Shown: positions 1 to 14,200 of the stretch, in pieces | Numbering within the stretch: position 1 is the first letter of the stretch | How the letters are laid out: every line of letters starts with the position of its first letter | From: Balanoglossus misakiensis | Taxonomy: Eukaryota > Animalia > Hemichordata | Length of the DNA: 64,000 bases | Direction: 5' to 3' | Assembly: GCA_040954595.2 (NCBI GenBank) | Contig: CM082580.2 | Coordinates: 13,070,242 to 13,134,241, forward strand | Made by a program: the position numbers and the translations under genes | Notes under the pieces: model-generated | The model's input: only the letters and a program-made list of their open reading frames with translations | What the model was told of the DNA's origin: nothing | The model's database searches: none

Positions 1-1656
1 ATAACATGTGCATGAATTGCACTGAGGTATCTTTTACAACAGTCAGCAACACTAGAGAAGTTTTTGAGTAGTTTCGGACCATATTGTAGTAAATATTTAA
101 ACTAACGATGCGTGTAATTAAAGATGCACTTCTTCATGTTTAATAAAATTCGTTAAAGTTACTCAATGATCGCTGTTTCCCTATTAAACTATGCACAAGC
201 TGCGCTAAAGTGAACGCGAACGTTCGAGGCTCCGGAACGTGACTTTATGTGGGCCACCGTTATTCAAACTTTTTCATAGAAAAAGCGCCACCCGGAATAT
301 AGTGCAGTGGAGTATAATGTTCCACTTATTAGACTATATCCCTGTGGCTTTATATCGAATTATCTTATCTGTTTGGTAATCATCTTCTCCGGAACTAGAA
401 AATTGATCGAGTTGAAACTCGATCCGATTAATAATTAGGAGTCCAACTTTCACATGGTTGTCGAGAGCAATCCAGTATGACTGGTCGTCACGTGGTTTGG
501 CAAGCACATCGGCCCTTTACTTGACAACAGTGACGGTCGGGAGGGGGTGCAGTGCCCTCATTACCCCAGGAACCAGCTCACTCGGAGGAGGGGACACCTG
601 TGCGACTTTCATGTCTATCTACAATGTCCAAGTGCAGGAAGCCGAAAACGGCCGAAAAATGTAACTACTACTTCATACATATCGTGCATGGCAAAGAATT
701 GTTGCCACTTTCATCACATTGCCGTGTGCTCCTGACATCACCAGTGCAGCTGTCAAGGTTTTCAAATGCTTGGCAACAGGCCCGTAGCAACAAAAATACT
801 CAGTATGGTATTTTGATTGAAATAACAACAGTTGTGGGAATTGCAGGTACCAAACTTTCCCAAATTCCCACGAGAGAGTCTGCAAACTGCTAAATTGTGT
901 TTACTTCGACGCCTGGTCTCCACTAACACTGATTGCTTGTTAAAGAAATACCCCGGGCTATGATAGTTGTTATCGCCCTTTCTGGTGTGTGTGTGAGTAA
1001 GTGCGTGTGAGTGACCTGTATAGACTTTGTGAACTCTATACATACACTTCGAGAAGTTATGATAATCAATGACCACACATACTGACGTCGGGGTTCAGAC
1101 CTACAGATATATAATATAACATCGATAAATGGACTGCATAATATTTTTCCGTCTGGCCGTGATGCTTCGCCCACGTTTGGATCGTTTCGGTATGCACTTT
1201 TTCTCTGTTTGTTTAGTATTAATTTTCAGTAGGTTAATTGGTCTCTGAGCGGTACTCAGACAGAGTCGGAACTTTTTTGATTTGTACACGCATAGTTCAC
1301 GGTTGCAATTAATTATTTTGATGGTCGCGGAAGGAACCTCGTCTGAAATATAATTTGATCACGGATGCCGAAACTCTACACAGACGGTAGCTAAGGAGAT
1401 GTCAAGGAACTTTGAGATCGGAGCTGTTTGTCAAATTTCGGTTTCGCAAAGTGGTCACGTCCGGTCGGTAGCTTTTTCAGTTTAAATAGCATCGCTCCTG
1501 CAAAACGGTTCATCATATTCAAACGATCTTACATCTGTCACACGCTTCGTTCGCTCATTTTCCAGAACTACACCGTGCCACCAAACACTCGTCAATATCC
1601 GTCTATACCTGATCGAAGTGGTTTAGCGGTTCTTTATTGCCATCATCTTCACAGCC

Positions 1657-4600
1657 ATGAATTGGCCAGTGTATTTGGCATTTTTGGGCACAGTGATGGT
1701 GCATTCAGTGAGCGCCAACGCCAGATTGCCTCTGCATGGTTTGCAACAGGTTTTAAAATTGGACCGTAACGCCACTAATTCAGAAGTCGATGCTGTTGGC
1801 AGTGCACACAACAGGTAAGATAAGAATATTATCATTCTCCAACGCATGATTTGAATAATTTTCGAAGATTGACTAAAATCTTCCTCTGCCCTTTGATCTC
1901 TTAGGATCTCTTAGGATCTCTAAGGATCTCTTAGGATCTCTTAGGATCAGATTGCTTGGACCATTTAGCAATCAAAACTGGTGTAGGAATGTCTGTCGTT
2001 CTGTCAGCAAAAATACTCATTTGATATATTCTATGACATCTTTTAAATCTTACTTGCTTAACGCGAATTTACTTGACAAGAGTTTATGTAACAAAAAGGG
2101 AAGTGGTTTTCCGAAAACACTTTTTCGCTGCAACCACGCGCCGGGCGATAGAAAGGTAGACTTCTGAGCAACAACTACGTACATGTATAAAGTCCTCCCG
2201 ATTTGCGGAAAATTGCGTTTTATGTGGTCTGGAGTCGGTTTTCCCGCGAAAACCGCAACACGTGCGCGAGAGTCCCGCGGAATGTTCCCAGAATTAATCT
2301 CAACTAGCATCGCTTTACACCTTCATGGATAAAAACAAACCACGCAAGAATTTTTTGAGTCTATCGACGAATCCCGTCGAGTGATTGCGATTTCTATGTG
2401 GTGTACATAAATGGTTACTTGCATCATAGACAGTAGATGCTTGCATGTAGGGCGTGTCTATGTGTTGGTGCGTAATTGGCGGCCAAACAAGTTATTTTTC
2501 AGAAAACTCTATCATATTGATGTCAGCGCTGCGTGACATGCCGCGAGAAAGCGATTGACTGGAAAGCATAAACAAGTTAGAAACTCATCTTTTCGTCAGG
2601 AAAATGTTAAAGGTGAAAACGAAATCTCAGACAGCCTACTATCCAATTACAGTCAATGCCTGACCATGTCTGTGACACTCCAGAACTTCGACACATTTTA
2701 ATCTCGCGTAGACGTCTTTCAATTTTCTGGAGTGGTTTACTGTTTCCAGTCTTAATTTGTTTACACTCTGGCATTTTTGAATCAATTTCAACGCCCTCAA
2801 ATTGCCCACATCAAAATTAACAATGTCGACGACTTTGGTGGCCCATACACTGTGTACACCTTTTCACGTTATCCGTCAACATCCCTGATCAAAAACGTAA
2901 GCTTAACGATAGAAGTGAAGCTTCATTTTCAAATCTTCGTCAGAAATCCAACCGCACGCCAGTTAGGAGTTCATTCACAAAGACGACAGGTGCAACTTTT
3001 GTTGTTTTTGGGAATGCGTTGAGACTCTCGGCATTTTAGCTTGTCAGTGTTTGATTAGATAATAACCCCAATGTTATATGGCAAAATTTGCACGATCCTT
3101 TTTATCTACTTATGTTGACATTTGTAAATACAAAATTACAGACGATGACGTATAAGAAGCAAACCTTCACTAGTGTCCTTGTCCACATATGTTGTCGGAC
3201 AAATACGCGTTTGACTGAAATTACAGTAATCATGAACCCCGTTATCAGTGGTAGAACGCTCTCCCTTGGAGTTTATATGTCCGCGATTTACGGTGGCCGG
3301 TTGGAAGGTCATCATTGGGGGTGACCCCAGCCCAAGGCTTTCACCCGAATCCAACAAGCGTCCTTCGTTCCAGGCATGTGGAACGCCTAGTTTTCGTGTT
3401 GAAGTATGCCAATAGCCGGGGTCAACAGCCAGCAGGTGCCTTAAATCTACGAAAAAAAATCCTTCAACGTCTGTTAGCCCAAAGTAGTGCATCTGCATCA
3501 ACATAAGAACAGGGAGTTGGCGGCTTTTTCTGTGGTTAAAGAATGGGTGCCTAGAATGGAGGAGTGGTCCGTCGGGTAAGGGTGGTTGGCTTGGGAAAGG
3601 TGTAGTCTGGTCCCCTGTGTGAGAAAGGGGGCGGGGAACCAGACTAACTAACTAACTTTGTCTTGCACTACAACGATTAATAATCTTCCAAAAATGTATG
3701 CACAAATAATAAGGGCAATTAAGGGGATAAACTGGGTCGGTCATCTGCTGTACAATTTCAGGGTAGCAACCTCAAGTTACCTCAGCCATAACCTCATATA
3801 TTGCTCGTGTCGGGTGAATGCCTCGACCATAAGGATCAAGTCAAATTTGATACCTTGTGAAGTGGCTAATTCCTTTGATCAACCGGTTCGTGTAATGTTA
3901 CATGGCACATACACATACGTGTGAATACACACCAAAATATCAGACGTCATGGGACGTCTGACGTTTACAGCGATGATGCGTAATTTCCACAGAGCGGGTA
4001 CGTGTCGGGTTCTTGGCAATTTCTGAGGTTGTTGATTCTGAATTCCGATGATGTAAAATTAGACATTCGGTTTGTTACTTCATTCGCTTCATTACCACGG
4101 CAGAATTTCTTCATATTGCGGTCGTTAATTGAAATCAGTTATGTCTACGATGTGACGCAGAACGTACAGCGGTTTGATTTCATGTATTCGCCCATTGATT
4201 AAAGCGGAAAACAACACCAAACACTAAAACCAGAAAAATGTTGTCGGGATCTAACCGGAGACGATCTTGCTCATTTGCTATTTTATATAATAATGCTTTA
4301 AATTAAAAATAAGTAAATGGATAAACACTTTTGGTGAGTTTCCTGAGATGACAAAGTTAAACTTTCTCATCCCACGTCATCATATGGAACGATCAGATTT
4401 TGGAAGTCTGCCCTCGAACGAGCAAAACATATCAAATAACCAGTGCAGTGACTATAGAGGTAACACTAATTCCCTGAATACAGTGGTATGCTTCATTTCA
4501 GGCTGTGGATGCAACGCCTTACCCAAATTCGAAACCAAGTTCTAGGCTCCCTCAACAGGACTCACACTCCCCGCGTCACTTCGACGAGATTCACGGCGGC

Positions 4601-6885
4601 GGAGGAGGCCGAAATGGTGGAACTTTACGAGAAGACGTTGAACGAGACTACGTCAGACGAGAATGAAGAGGAAGCCGAAAATACGGACATAGTGAAGAGC
4701 GTTCACTTTCTCACCGCCTCATGTACGTTCGAATTTGTTTCACGGTTAATTGTAAACATTGATAACCTTAAAGGGGTAAGGTTTACTGCGCAAAAATCGC
4801 CAAATCTTCTCAAGGAGACACAGCTTATTGTCTCGTAAAAGAATGCATGGGCATAGTTGCTCTCAGACAGTATAAAGAGCAGCGCCTGTGATTGTTCTGA
4901 CTTTGACTTTTAATCACTCGGCGCTTCTGCTGTTTTGTGAAGTTTGCCAAAATACTAAGAGAAGAAGTTTTCCGCCTTAGTGTAGCATTTTCTTTTAAAC
5001 AACTTTCCATCGGCAGTAACTGGTAATATGATTTTCAATAACTGTTCATTTTATTCAGCTGTGCAGCTCTGAGTGCGTGTTCAACTCAGTTCTCCCGGTC
5101 TTTGTTATACTAGTACATGGTCACACATTCTTTCTCTTTGACATCTAACAGGTGATCCACCAAGGGACATGGATCCAGCCACGTGGAATGCTTCTTCTTC
5201 TCTACGAATGTTCTTCGACTTTTCTCGGTACTCTCCGGATAGGTACCACATCGTGTCTGCAAGACTGAAGTTGCACAAACGAGCGTCTTATCCTTCGGTG
5301 CCACAAGACCCGTTGAAACCCATCAAAGATGGCGCTGACGGCGAAGATCTTCCAAGCAACGCAGATGCTTACGACAGACTTGGTGAAGAATCTAAGGAGA
5401 GTCCAGACCACACCGATCAGAAATTGAACGGAACGACGGAGACGGAGTTCAACGACAGGTCTGACCAGAAGGTGAACATCACGATATACCAACTGCGGTA
5501 CAACAGGCACAACACGCCCCCACTTCGCCGGAAACACGTGGAGACCAAAACTGTGGCCGTGAACTTCGAAGGCTGGATCGTCTTCTCGGTTGTCCATCCC
5601 GTCCAGAGGTGGGTCGAGTCGCCGGGTAAAAACGACGGCGTGGAAATCGTGGTGGAATCCATAGAAGATTACGACAGTGATCTCGTTGGACACATCAGGG
5701 CCAGTCTTGATGGTTGTGCGGACAATGATACGGTGACTGAATACGGTGAGACTGAATTTTATTATCCGGGTAGTATCTGTAAGTTTTGGTTATTTTTTCA
5801 TCATTCAATATACTAGAAGATACCATAGAAATGACATTAATGATAGTATCGGAATTTCATTCGTAATTTCTTCTCTTGCACAGAACCGCCGACAATCTCG
5901 GAGATGTATCAGAAATTCTACCCGATACTAGAATTGGTGACATCGGAGAGCACTGCCGACTTTAGCGAACGTTTTCGGGGCAGACGATCGAACCAGTTGG
6001 TGAAGAAAGGTCCCGCCAGAGCAGGAACGTGTGGAAACTCCGACAGTTGCTGTTCTTCTCCCCTACACGTATCTTTTAAAGGTGAGAAATGACGTCACAG
6101 GGAAGAGTCACATGACACCGTCATCATTATGCTCCCCTTGGATGCGGATTTTTCTAGGCAATACTCTTGGATACCGCTTTCCAGTGTCGGCCCAGATTGA
6201 TCAGATTGACAACTTTTATACTTTTAGAATAGGTTACTAGAAGTAAAGTGATACAGCAGACTTGAAATTAATGAGAACATTTGTTTTTATATACCTCATT
6301 GTAATTAGCCGAAGGAAGCGTCAAAATGGAAGCATAGTGTCATTGACGCTATTTTTATGGTAATTTTGATTGTTTGCAGAACTTGGTATGGATGACTGGA
6401 TTCTGAAACCAGATGGATTCACGACATCCTTTTGCAGTGGCAGTTGTATTCCTGTTCAAATGGCAGCAAATCACGGTCTAAGGCAACTCTTTTGGAAGCA
6501 TCGAGGTCTTCTCCCGAACGAACCAAAGGTAATGACTATCATAATGTTGCGCCATCTCAAATTAATATGATAGTTCGTTTGTTTTGTGACTTTATATGTT
6601 ATATAGTATGCTGTGCTTGGTGGACTCTGCTGTGCTGTGTTGCGTTGTGTTGAGGTGTGGTGTTATGTGCTGTGCTGTGCTCTGCTGTTCTGTGCACTGT
6701 TATTTTAATACTTCCCAGAAGTAGAATTAATACTACCAATATGCTCTTCCTTTACCATTCAGAAATGGTGTTGTGCGCCGACGCGGTCGAAGCCATTGGT
6801 TCTTCTCTACGTCTGTTCAGACGGACATCTTGGCGTAGGGAAACTGGATGACGTCATCACCGAGCGATGTGACTACAGAGCGTAA
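1657..6885 (+). CDS. TGF-beta superfamily ligand precursor (TGF-beta/activin/myostatin-type cysteine pattern), 6 exons, about 480 aa
   Basis: Exons 1657-1814, 4502-4722, 5152-5745, 5884-6081, 6380-6528 and 6763-6885 join in frame through GT-AG introns (1443 nt). Signal peptide MNWPVYLAFLGTVMVHSVSA; prodomain motifs RLTQIRNQVLGSLN and GWIVFSV..PVQRW; furin site RGRR; mature domain C..CC.PLHVSFKELGMDDWILKPDGF...FCSGSC...CCAPT...CDYRA*. Confidence 0.9.
1895..1948. repeat. 10-bp minisatellite (TTAGGATCTC) x about 5 in intron 1 of the TGF-beta gene
   Basis: Directly visible tandem copies, one with a substitution. Confidence 0.9.
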
Positions 6886-8231
6886 ACCGATCATTTAAAT
6901 TTCACTTGTATATATTTGATAACACTGGCCATCTGTTGGGCTTCGGGCGTTGTTGTAACTTGTCGTCAAGTAAAACATACTTCTTGCCCATGGACTGGGA
7001 CAAGTCTATCGACAATGAACTATGGACACGGACAACAAATGCCGGTTTACGGCAAATGCAAACTCCGCTGGGGAAATACAAGTATCTATTTTGAGGCAAT
7101 ACCATGTATTTTAAAAAAAGAAGAAAAAATGACAATAAGCCTACTACAATTACGTTGGTGCATGCATGTTTCACGTGACATAGGTATGATTTTTATTGTG
7201 TAACGTTACTTACAGATTTTGTACATATTATTTATACGGATTTTTTTTTCTGTATGTGACTACTGTGGCCTTTTGGTGAGAAATATTATCGTGTTTTATT
7301 CCGTATACCAATACGTCATAGTATTGACGGACCATGGGCGCACGAAGTCCACTTCTTTCCTGTATGCGGTTTGTATAGTTTAGGTGTGTGAAAATGGGAT
7401 ATTTTGACAAAATACCGTAGGTATTGCACAAAGATTTTATATTATTCCTTTTAGAGATATCAACCTACAATAATTGGAAGTTGCCACTTATACCTGTTCG
7501 CGATCACGCATGCATTGCGGACACGGATCGTGGCAGCGTGTTATACGTACGTGTGTGGTCACTGTGGTCTACCCAACCGTGTTGGAGCTAGTACTCGACA
7601 GTGGCCGATGAAATCACTATCGCAGGGCAAATCATACAATTTTAGTCGAGTGCTTACTCCAAACATTTTCTACATATTGAACTTTTAGCGACTCCTCTTT
7701 TGATGAGTGTAACTTACATTCACTTTAAACCTCAATACTTCTACCTCGAATACTCGGTTTTATGTAATTAAATAAAAATCTCCCTCTCCCGATCAATGGA
7801 ATCGCGCATATTATTAAGCGATCCTGTTCAATCTTCATGTGCACAGCTGTAAATTACGTCAATCGAACTGCGTTTTATTTTTTCAGCAAAAGGTCGTTGG
7901 ATGATCATTCATAAATTTTTACAGTTGTAAGTTGTTTTCGAGTCATCGGACAATTAAAAATAAAATGTAAAACTTGGTTTGTTTACATTCGTGTTTTTAT
8001 TGTATCTTTTAGATTTAAAAAAGACCCTGAAATTTATGATTTTTGCCATTATACGTTTTCTACCATAAAATATTTCTCTGTCCATCTGATACGTGCATTC
8101 TAAAATTTATCTCGTGGAAGTCCCCCATGAACTGGCACTGAGAAGCAGTGTGTAGAGAAGTTTGTAAAAACAAAGGAATCGTTCCAATCCGCCTCTTCGG
8201 TCTGGTGGCGCTCTCCCGAGGCGAATTCAAA

Positions 8232-11200
8232 ATGGCGAAACACAAGGCGCCACTTTACAAACATGTGGCTGCTCTTGTTCTGCTGACGTTTTGCAGGTAA
8301 GTAGACGATTATGTCTCACCGCTCACTACAGTCCATCGGTGATTATAACAAGAATCGTTTTTTCTTGTCGATTAGGATGTCTTGACCGCCACATCCACCC
8401 TGTATCTACTACCCGTGGATTGATGGTTTCTTCCGTACTTGCCTGGTGATAAGTGACACTGGCTTTGTCACTTATCACTTTTCGCCATTATCGCGTCGGG
8501 TGTAAATGCATTAATTAGGCCCAGCTTCGGGGAGGTCGGCGAGGTCAGGGAATTATTCCTGTGACCTGACTGAATACGGCGAAATTGTCCGGCTTACCAG
8601 TGCTCCATGGTGCACGGCACAGCCATAGCGTACTCTCCCATACATGTACTCAGATACTCGTAAGGGGTAAAATGGTTCCCTGCCTTTGAAGTTGAACTTG
8701 AAGCAGTATTAACTCCTGATTCACATGATTTTTCGTTCTCAAACCAAATAAAAGAGGAATAAATTTCATAATGGTCTGGTCATTATTATTGTTTGCTGTA
8801 GGCCTGTAGCTCTACCACTGTCTGGGCTGTGTTCACCCAATGCACCCAGGGCCAGGGGACCCAGTGTAACATGCACAATAGTGCATGTATACATGTATCA
8901 TTGTTTACACAAGTCTGAACTTGACCTAAACAATCCAGCTTTCAACAATAGCATAAAGCTTTGTTGACAAGCAGAATAGTGATGTACAGAACACACTTTG
9001 ACTTACCATGGAGTACCTCCATGGACTTACTGAAATAAAAGGCCAAAGATCTGCCTACGGAACTATTCCCTTACAAAAATATCCAATAGGATTCCTATAG
9101 GGTTATCTTATATGATTTTGGCACCTTTCTAAAAGGAATCCTTTACTAGTAAGAATTCCTGAAGGATTCTCATGGGGTCCTATAGGATTCCCGAAGGATC
9201 CACATTGTTCTTATAGGAGTCCTAAAGGATTCCTTTTAGCATATAATATACTTCAACCTTCTTCTCTATAGTGGACATATAACATATTGAATTTGTGGAA
9301 ATTATGACAAACACCACATACATGGCAAACTGTAAACTTTGATGCTGATAGTGGAAAATTTTAAAAAGATGTTTTTCTTTTTATTCAAACAGCTTATTTG
9401 GGGTCTGCAGCGCCTCAAGATTGAATGTTCCTAAGATTTTACTGCCATATTATCATGGTGAAAGACCGATCAACTTTACACTGGAAGCTCAGGATGGTTG
9501 CTATTCATGGTATGTTGTGGTATCCTTGTTACTATGCTTGTGTTAAACCACAAGAGAGTCCATATTCAGGGATATAGGTTAACAAGGCATATTGTGCCAT
9601 ATCTGTCGTCTGAAGGTTCGGCTTTTCAAAAGAAGACTTTTTCACCAACCATATTATAAATCTCACAGTTTCTCTTAAAATTTGCCTAGATCCTAACCTC
9701 ATGTTATTTGGATTGTGGAAAATACTCATAGATACACTCATATATGTAACATTGTTGCAGGAGAAGTGCCAGACCAGACATAGCATCAATACAAGCTATA
9801 CCAGACGGCAGCGGCAGATCATGTTCCAATAGAGCCACTGTCACAGCATTATCCACACACCCTTCAAGACTAAACACAATAGTATTTGCAGAAGAACAAG
9901 GTAAAGTGACATAGCTCAGACTGGGAAAACTGCATAGAGAAATTCAGATCTCCAGAATGTGCAAACTCTTACTAGAAAAGAAATTAATAGTTACCATCCC
10001 CTTTAATAGGCAGATCAATAAGATTTGAATGTGTTGTAACAACACTTTTAATTGTGTCTCAACATACAGGCACTGGTCATATTCTGCGCTGTGATGTCAT
10101 TGTAGATGTGATATTTTCCATTGATATCGTCACGACAACCAGGGTGTTGTATTTGGATAACTCTCCAGAACAGTTTGAAGTCAGATCATTGGATGATGAA
10201 GGTAACAATTTATGTGATTACTGACTTAGACGGTATGAATTCTGTTTAAAACAAGATTGGACCGAAGTGGCCATTTCTAAACTGACAATTTTTCCTCGTT
10301 GGTTTGATGTCCTTTATTCAGGTAACACATTTAGCAGTTTGGAAGGATTGCAGTTTGAGTGGACCTTGATCTCTGACACTGAGGGTGGAAGAGTCATCGA
10401 TGCCAACACAATACTCAGGTAAGACAACTTACATGTAAGTTATTTGGTCTTGGGAGCGTTGTTTTGGTAATGTATGATCAAGACTACGTGTACACCATAC
10501 CTTGCAGTGTCCGATCACCAAGTCTGTTTCAAACCATTTTGACTTCCAGGATTCTCCCCTTTGAACCCACACCATACACCCCACCACCGTACATCGCTGA
10601 CATGGAGAGACGAGGTCAACAGGGGGACATCATCCTTGTTGAGGGAATCAAGACAGGAAGTGCCAAAGTCAGTGCTAAGCTCAAAGCTTTTGGATTCAAG
10701 GTAGGAAGAATGTTGTTATTTTTTGGTCAGCTATGTTCCCTGTTGTGTGGTGTTTTCATTACTTTTATAGAAATGACTTCAGTGTCTATTTGAGTTAATC
10801 AGGTTTTTGGCAGAACAGAACATCAGAAAAGGAAGTAACCCCTGAAATCTTTTTTTCTTCAACGACATAGGAAGTGAAAGCCAGTATAGTTCGCCTGATT
10901 GTCATCGACAATCTGATGTTGAATCCATCACATGACATCTACCTGCTGGTGCACGCACATATGAAATATCAAGTGGAAAAGTTGCGGCAAGGAAAGTTGA
11001 CATGTAAGTCATTAATGGAATATGTGTCGGATTGGTTGTGGTGATTTGTGTGATCTGAGCCTTTTACATCCTTCTATCTGGACACCTTGTTGTCAACTGT
11101 AAGATTTGATGTTTGCTTTAAAATACTGAAGTACCAAAATCTGCTTTTCAACAAATTCAACAGTTTTCTAATATAGATTTACGTGTCATTCTTGTTCTGC

Positions 11201-14200
11201 AGTTGTGACATTACCATCATCACAGTATTCATTGGAGATCAGAGACAGCAGTATTGCAAGTCTGGATACAGCTACATCCATAGTCACTGGCATAACACAG
11301 GGAGATACCGAAATAGTACTCAAGGACAAGAGTATCCTTTATGCTGGTCTTACTGGCAATTTATATGGAGATGTGTTGTGGTGTGGTGTGGGAATGTCAG
11401 TCAGACTCATGTGGGATTGTCTTTTGTGACGCATAGTGGGATAGGGCATGGTATGACTTGATGTTTATGAGCAATGGGATTTTGTTGTTTCTGGTGTGGG
11501 TCTATGCTGTGTTCATCACAGTCCATGGCCACTGCCAGCAGGGTTTTTCCCTAACAGTTATCACCCAGACGTCAAGGAAGAGCTGAGCCAACCCACAGCT
11601 GGAATACATGTGGTGGAACCTAGCTATTTAGGTGAGACTATAATGCCTTCAATAGCATGCACCATCATTTGATGAGATTTCTTGGTCCACAGTTTTAAGC
11701 ACATGGACACGACAACACAGTGATGATCCTCTGACTACAATAGTATATTCTCTTCCTCAATCCAGGTTTTGTTGTACTACCTGGAAGGAACTGGGTCTTA
11801 GAAACTTCACGGTTTTATGAAATTAACATAGAGATATATGACAAGGATAGTCACAGGATCCATCCATCTGAGGTAAGCACCAGTGTACATTTTCCTAATT
11901 TCTTTACTTCATGTTAAGAGAATTGACAGAATTTGGAGCATTTATTTACTCATTCTTTGAATGTTACTTATTGAAGGTGTATCTTCCTTGCAGAATATCT
12001 TTATAGATGTCCACTTTCCAGCAGCATATTTCGAAGTCTTGTTTTCTTCCAAGAATGGTTCCTACCACGTCATACAGACTCAACAGCAAGGTGTCACTGA
12101 AATCGATGCAGCCCTCATATCAGTCAGTTTACCGGTCAGTGTGCTTTTAATAAATTCTCTGAGACAAGTCTGCATCTCTTCATTCTCTTCTTGGTTATTA
12201 CTGTGATGGCGGGTTGATGAGAACAGTCCTTATCTGTATTTTGATGTACACTTCCACTGTGAGCGGGAAATAGCTGATTGTAGAATATTTTGTCAACATT
12301 TTTTTCAGGATGGAACAGTTCACAAGTTACCTGAACCAGTAGCTGACAAACAGGAAGTGGAGATTTTTGACAAAATTTTAGTCTCCCCAGAAATTTTGTC
12401 TTTCCCATGGCAACCGAACCAGAAATCAGCATACCAGTACACACTAGTGGTAAGTACATTTTTGCTGTACATTATACTGTTTTATAAAACAGTGACCTCA
12501 GTCAAATAATTTTCTGCAAGCATATAAGAAGTTACCAACAATCTGTTGGTGACAAACAGTCAAATGCAAGGCAACAATTTACAGAAAACTCAAAAATAAC
12601 TGTACATGTTCACTATAATTTGTGGTTTCAGGCCACTGGTGGCAGTGGTAACTACAGTTGGTCGTCTTCAAAGAAAGAAACAGTGAGTGTTAATATCCAT
12701 GGATCAGTGACGACCTCAGGTATCCTAGGCGAGAGCGTGATTACTGCCTCGGATATCAGAAATGTGGCTCATTATGGAAGTGCCAAGGTAAGGAATAAAA
12801 ATGCTTTTGGATTCTATACATTCCTCAGATAAGTTTTAAAAACAATTCTCTGGATCTTCCTGCAGTTATTGGCCCTAATAATGTTCTGAAAAATTAAAGC
12901 GAAATGTTGGTGATTGCTGTCTTGTTTTTCAAGAAATTTCAGCAGTCCAGGCATTTAGGAATAAAACAGAGTGGCAATTATTTTAATTTAATAAATTTTC
13001 TTCTTTAAGGTATTTGTGTTGCCACCAGTGGACATGGAGTTCCTACCCGCCCGTGTTGAAGCAGCCATTAACACTGTACTGGATCTGCCCTTGGCAGTGA
13101 CAGCAGAGATCAAGGCCACTGGGGAAAGAGTCATGATGACTGATTGCAGACATGCAGGGTTTACTGTTAGCATTTCCGATGCGTCTGTCTTTGAATTACA
13201 AAATGGTGAGTTTGATGACCTTTAATTGATGGAAAATTTGATAAGCTCACTAGATTGGACATATAGGAGGACATACTATGACACACACAAAACATATAAT
13301 TTGATGTTGCACAGATGATGGAACAAACTGGATGACTCAAGCACTTAATTTTTCCTCCTTCTCTTTCCAGAGGACATTGATTTGCAAGAAGGCAGCTGTG
13401 CCATCATCCGGGTGAAAGCCATGACAGCTGGAAACACTCAGGTCACCGTGACCTACAACGAAGGCAGTGTCAAACTCCAAGTCAGCGTAACGGTAGCTGC
13501 ATATTTGCCATTGAAGGTGAGAAACACGCTGTTGACAGTATTTAGGGACAGCTTGAGCCTCAGTAACTCCATGTGACTGGGCAATGTAATTCAGCTTCAA
13601 AAGTAACCTACATGTATTTTGTAACATTTGCACAGTACAACTATCACGTCAGCACATGAAACGTATCATTTGACTTGATCTATACTTGATTATATCTGCA
13701 TTATTTTTGTATTTCAACGTTACAGGCCGTAGATCCTGAGGAGTTAGCAGTGGTGGCATTGGGTTCCTCCAAGATACTTTTATTTTCAGGAGGACCACAA
13801 CCATGGGCCATTGATGAATCAGGATATTATCAAAGCATTGAGGGTGAAGCTGAGAAGTGGTTGAAATTGAGTCATCTCAAGGGATCTGTTCCTACAAGTA
13901 TGTTTGACTGTGTGGTTCTGTTTTTGTTGTTTCCATAGTGATTACATTATTAAAAAATGTGTCCCTTTTGGCCAGTTTATTTGATGTAGACCAGTGATGG
14001 TTGTGACTTTTTTGTCTTTATATTTTATCAATGACTCAATTTTCCAAACTGAATCTAACTCGTACTGTGTGACGTTTGCATCTGCAGAGAATTATCATTA
14101 CTTCCACGCTGTGTGTTTGGACTTTGGAGAACAAGTGCTGAGGGTATCCGTTGGCAACCATCCTTCATCCAGAAACCCATTCCCGGCCTCCACAAACACA

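Noticed and set aside
3642-3657. (ACTA)n run resembling tandem branch-point or QKI sites
   Set aside because: Indistinguishable from a short microsatellite, and no adjacent exon was found.
5202-5693. Antisense ORFs over the TGF-beta exon, and similarly at 41390-42148 over the FOXRED2-like exon
   Set aside because: Shadows of GC3-rich coding exons on the opposite strand, with no recognisable domains.
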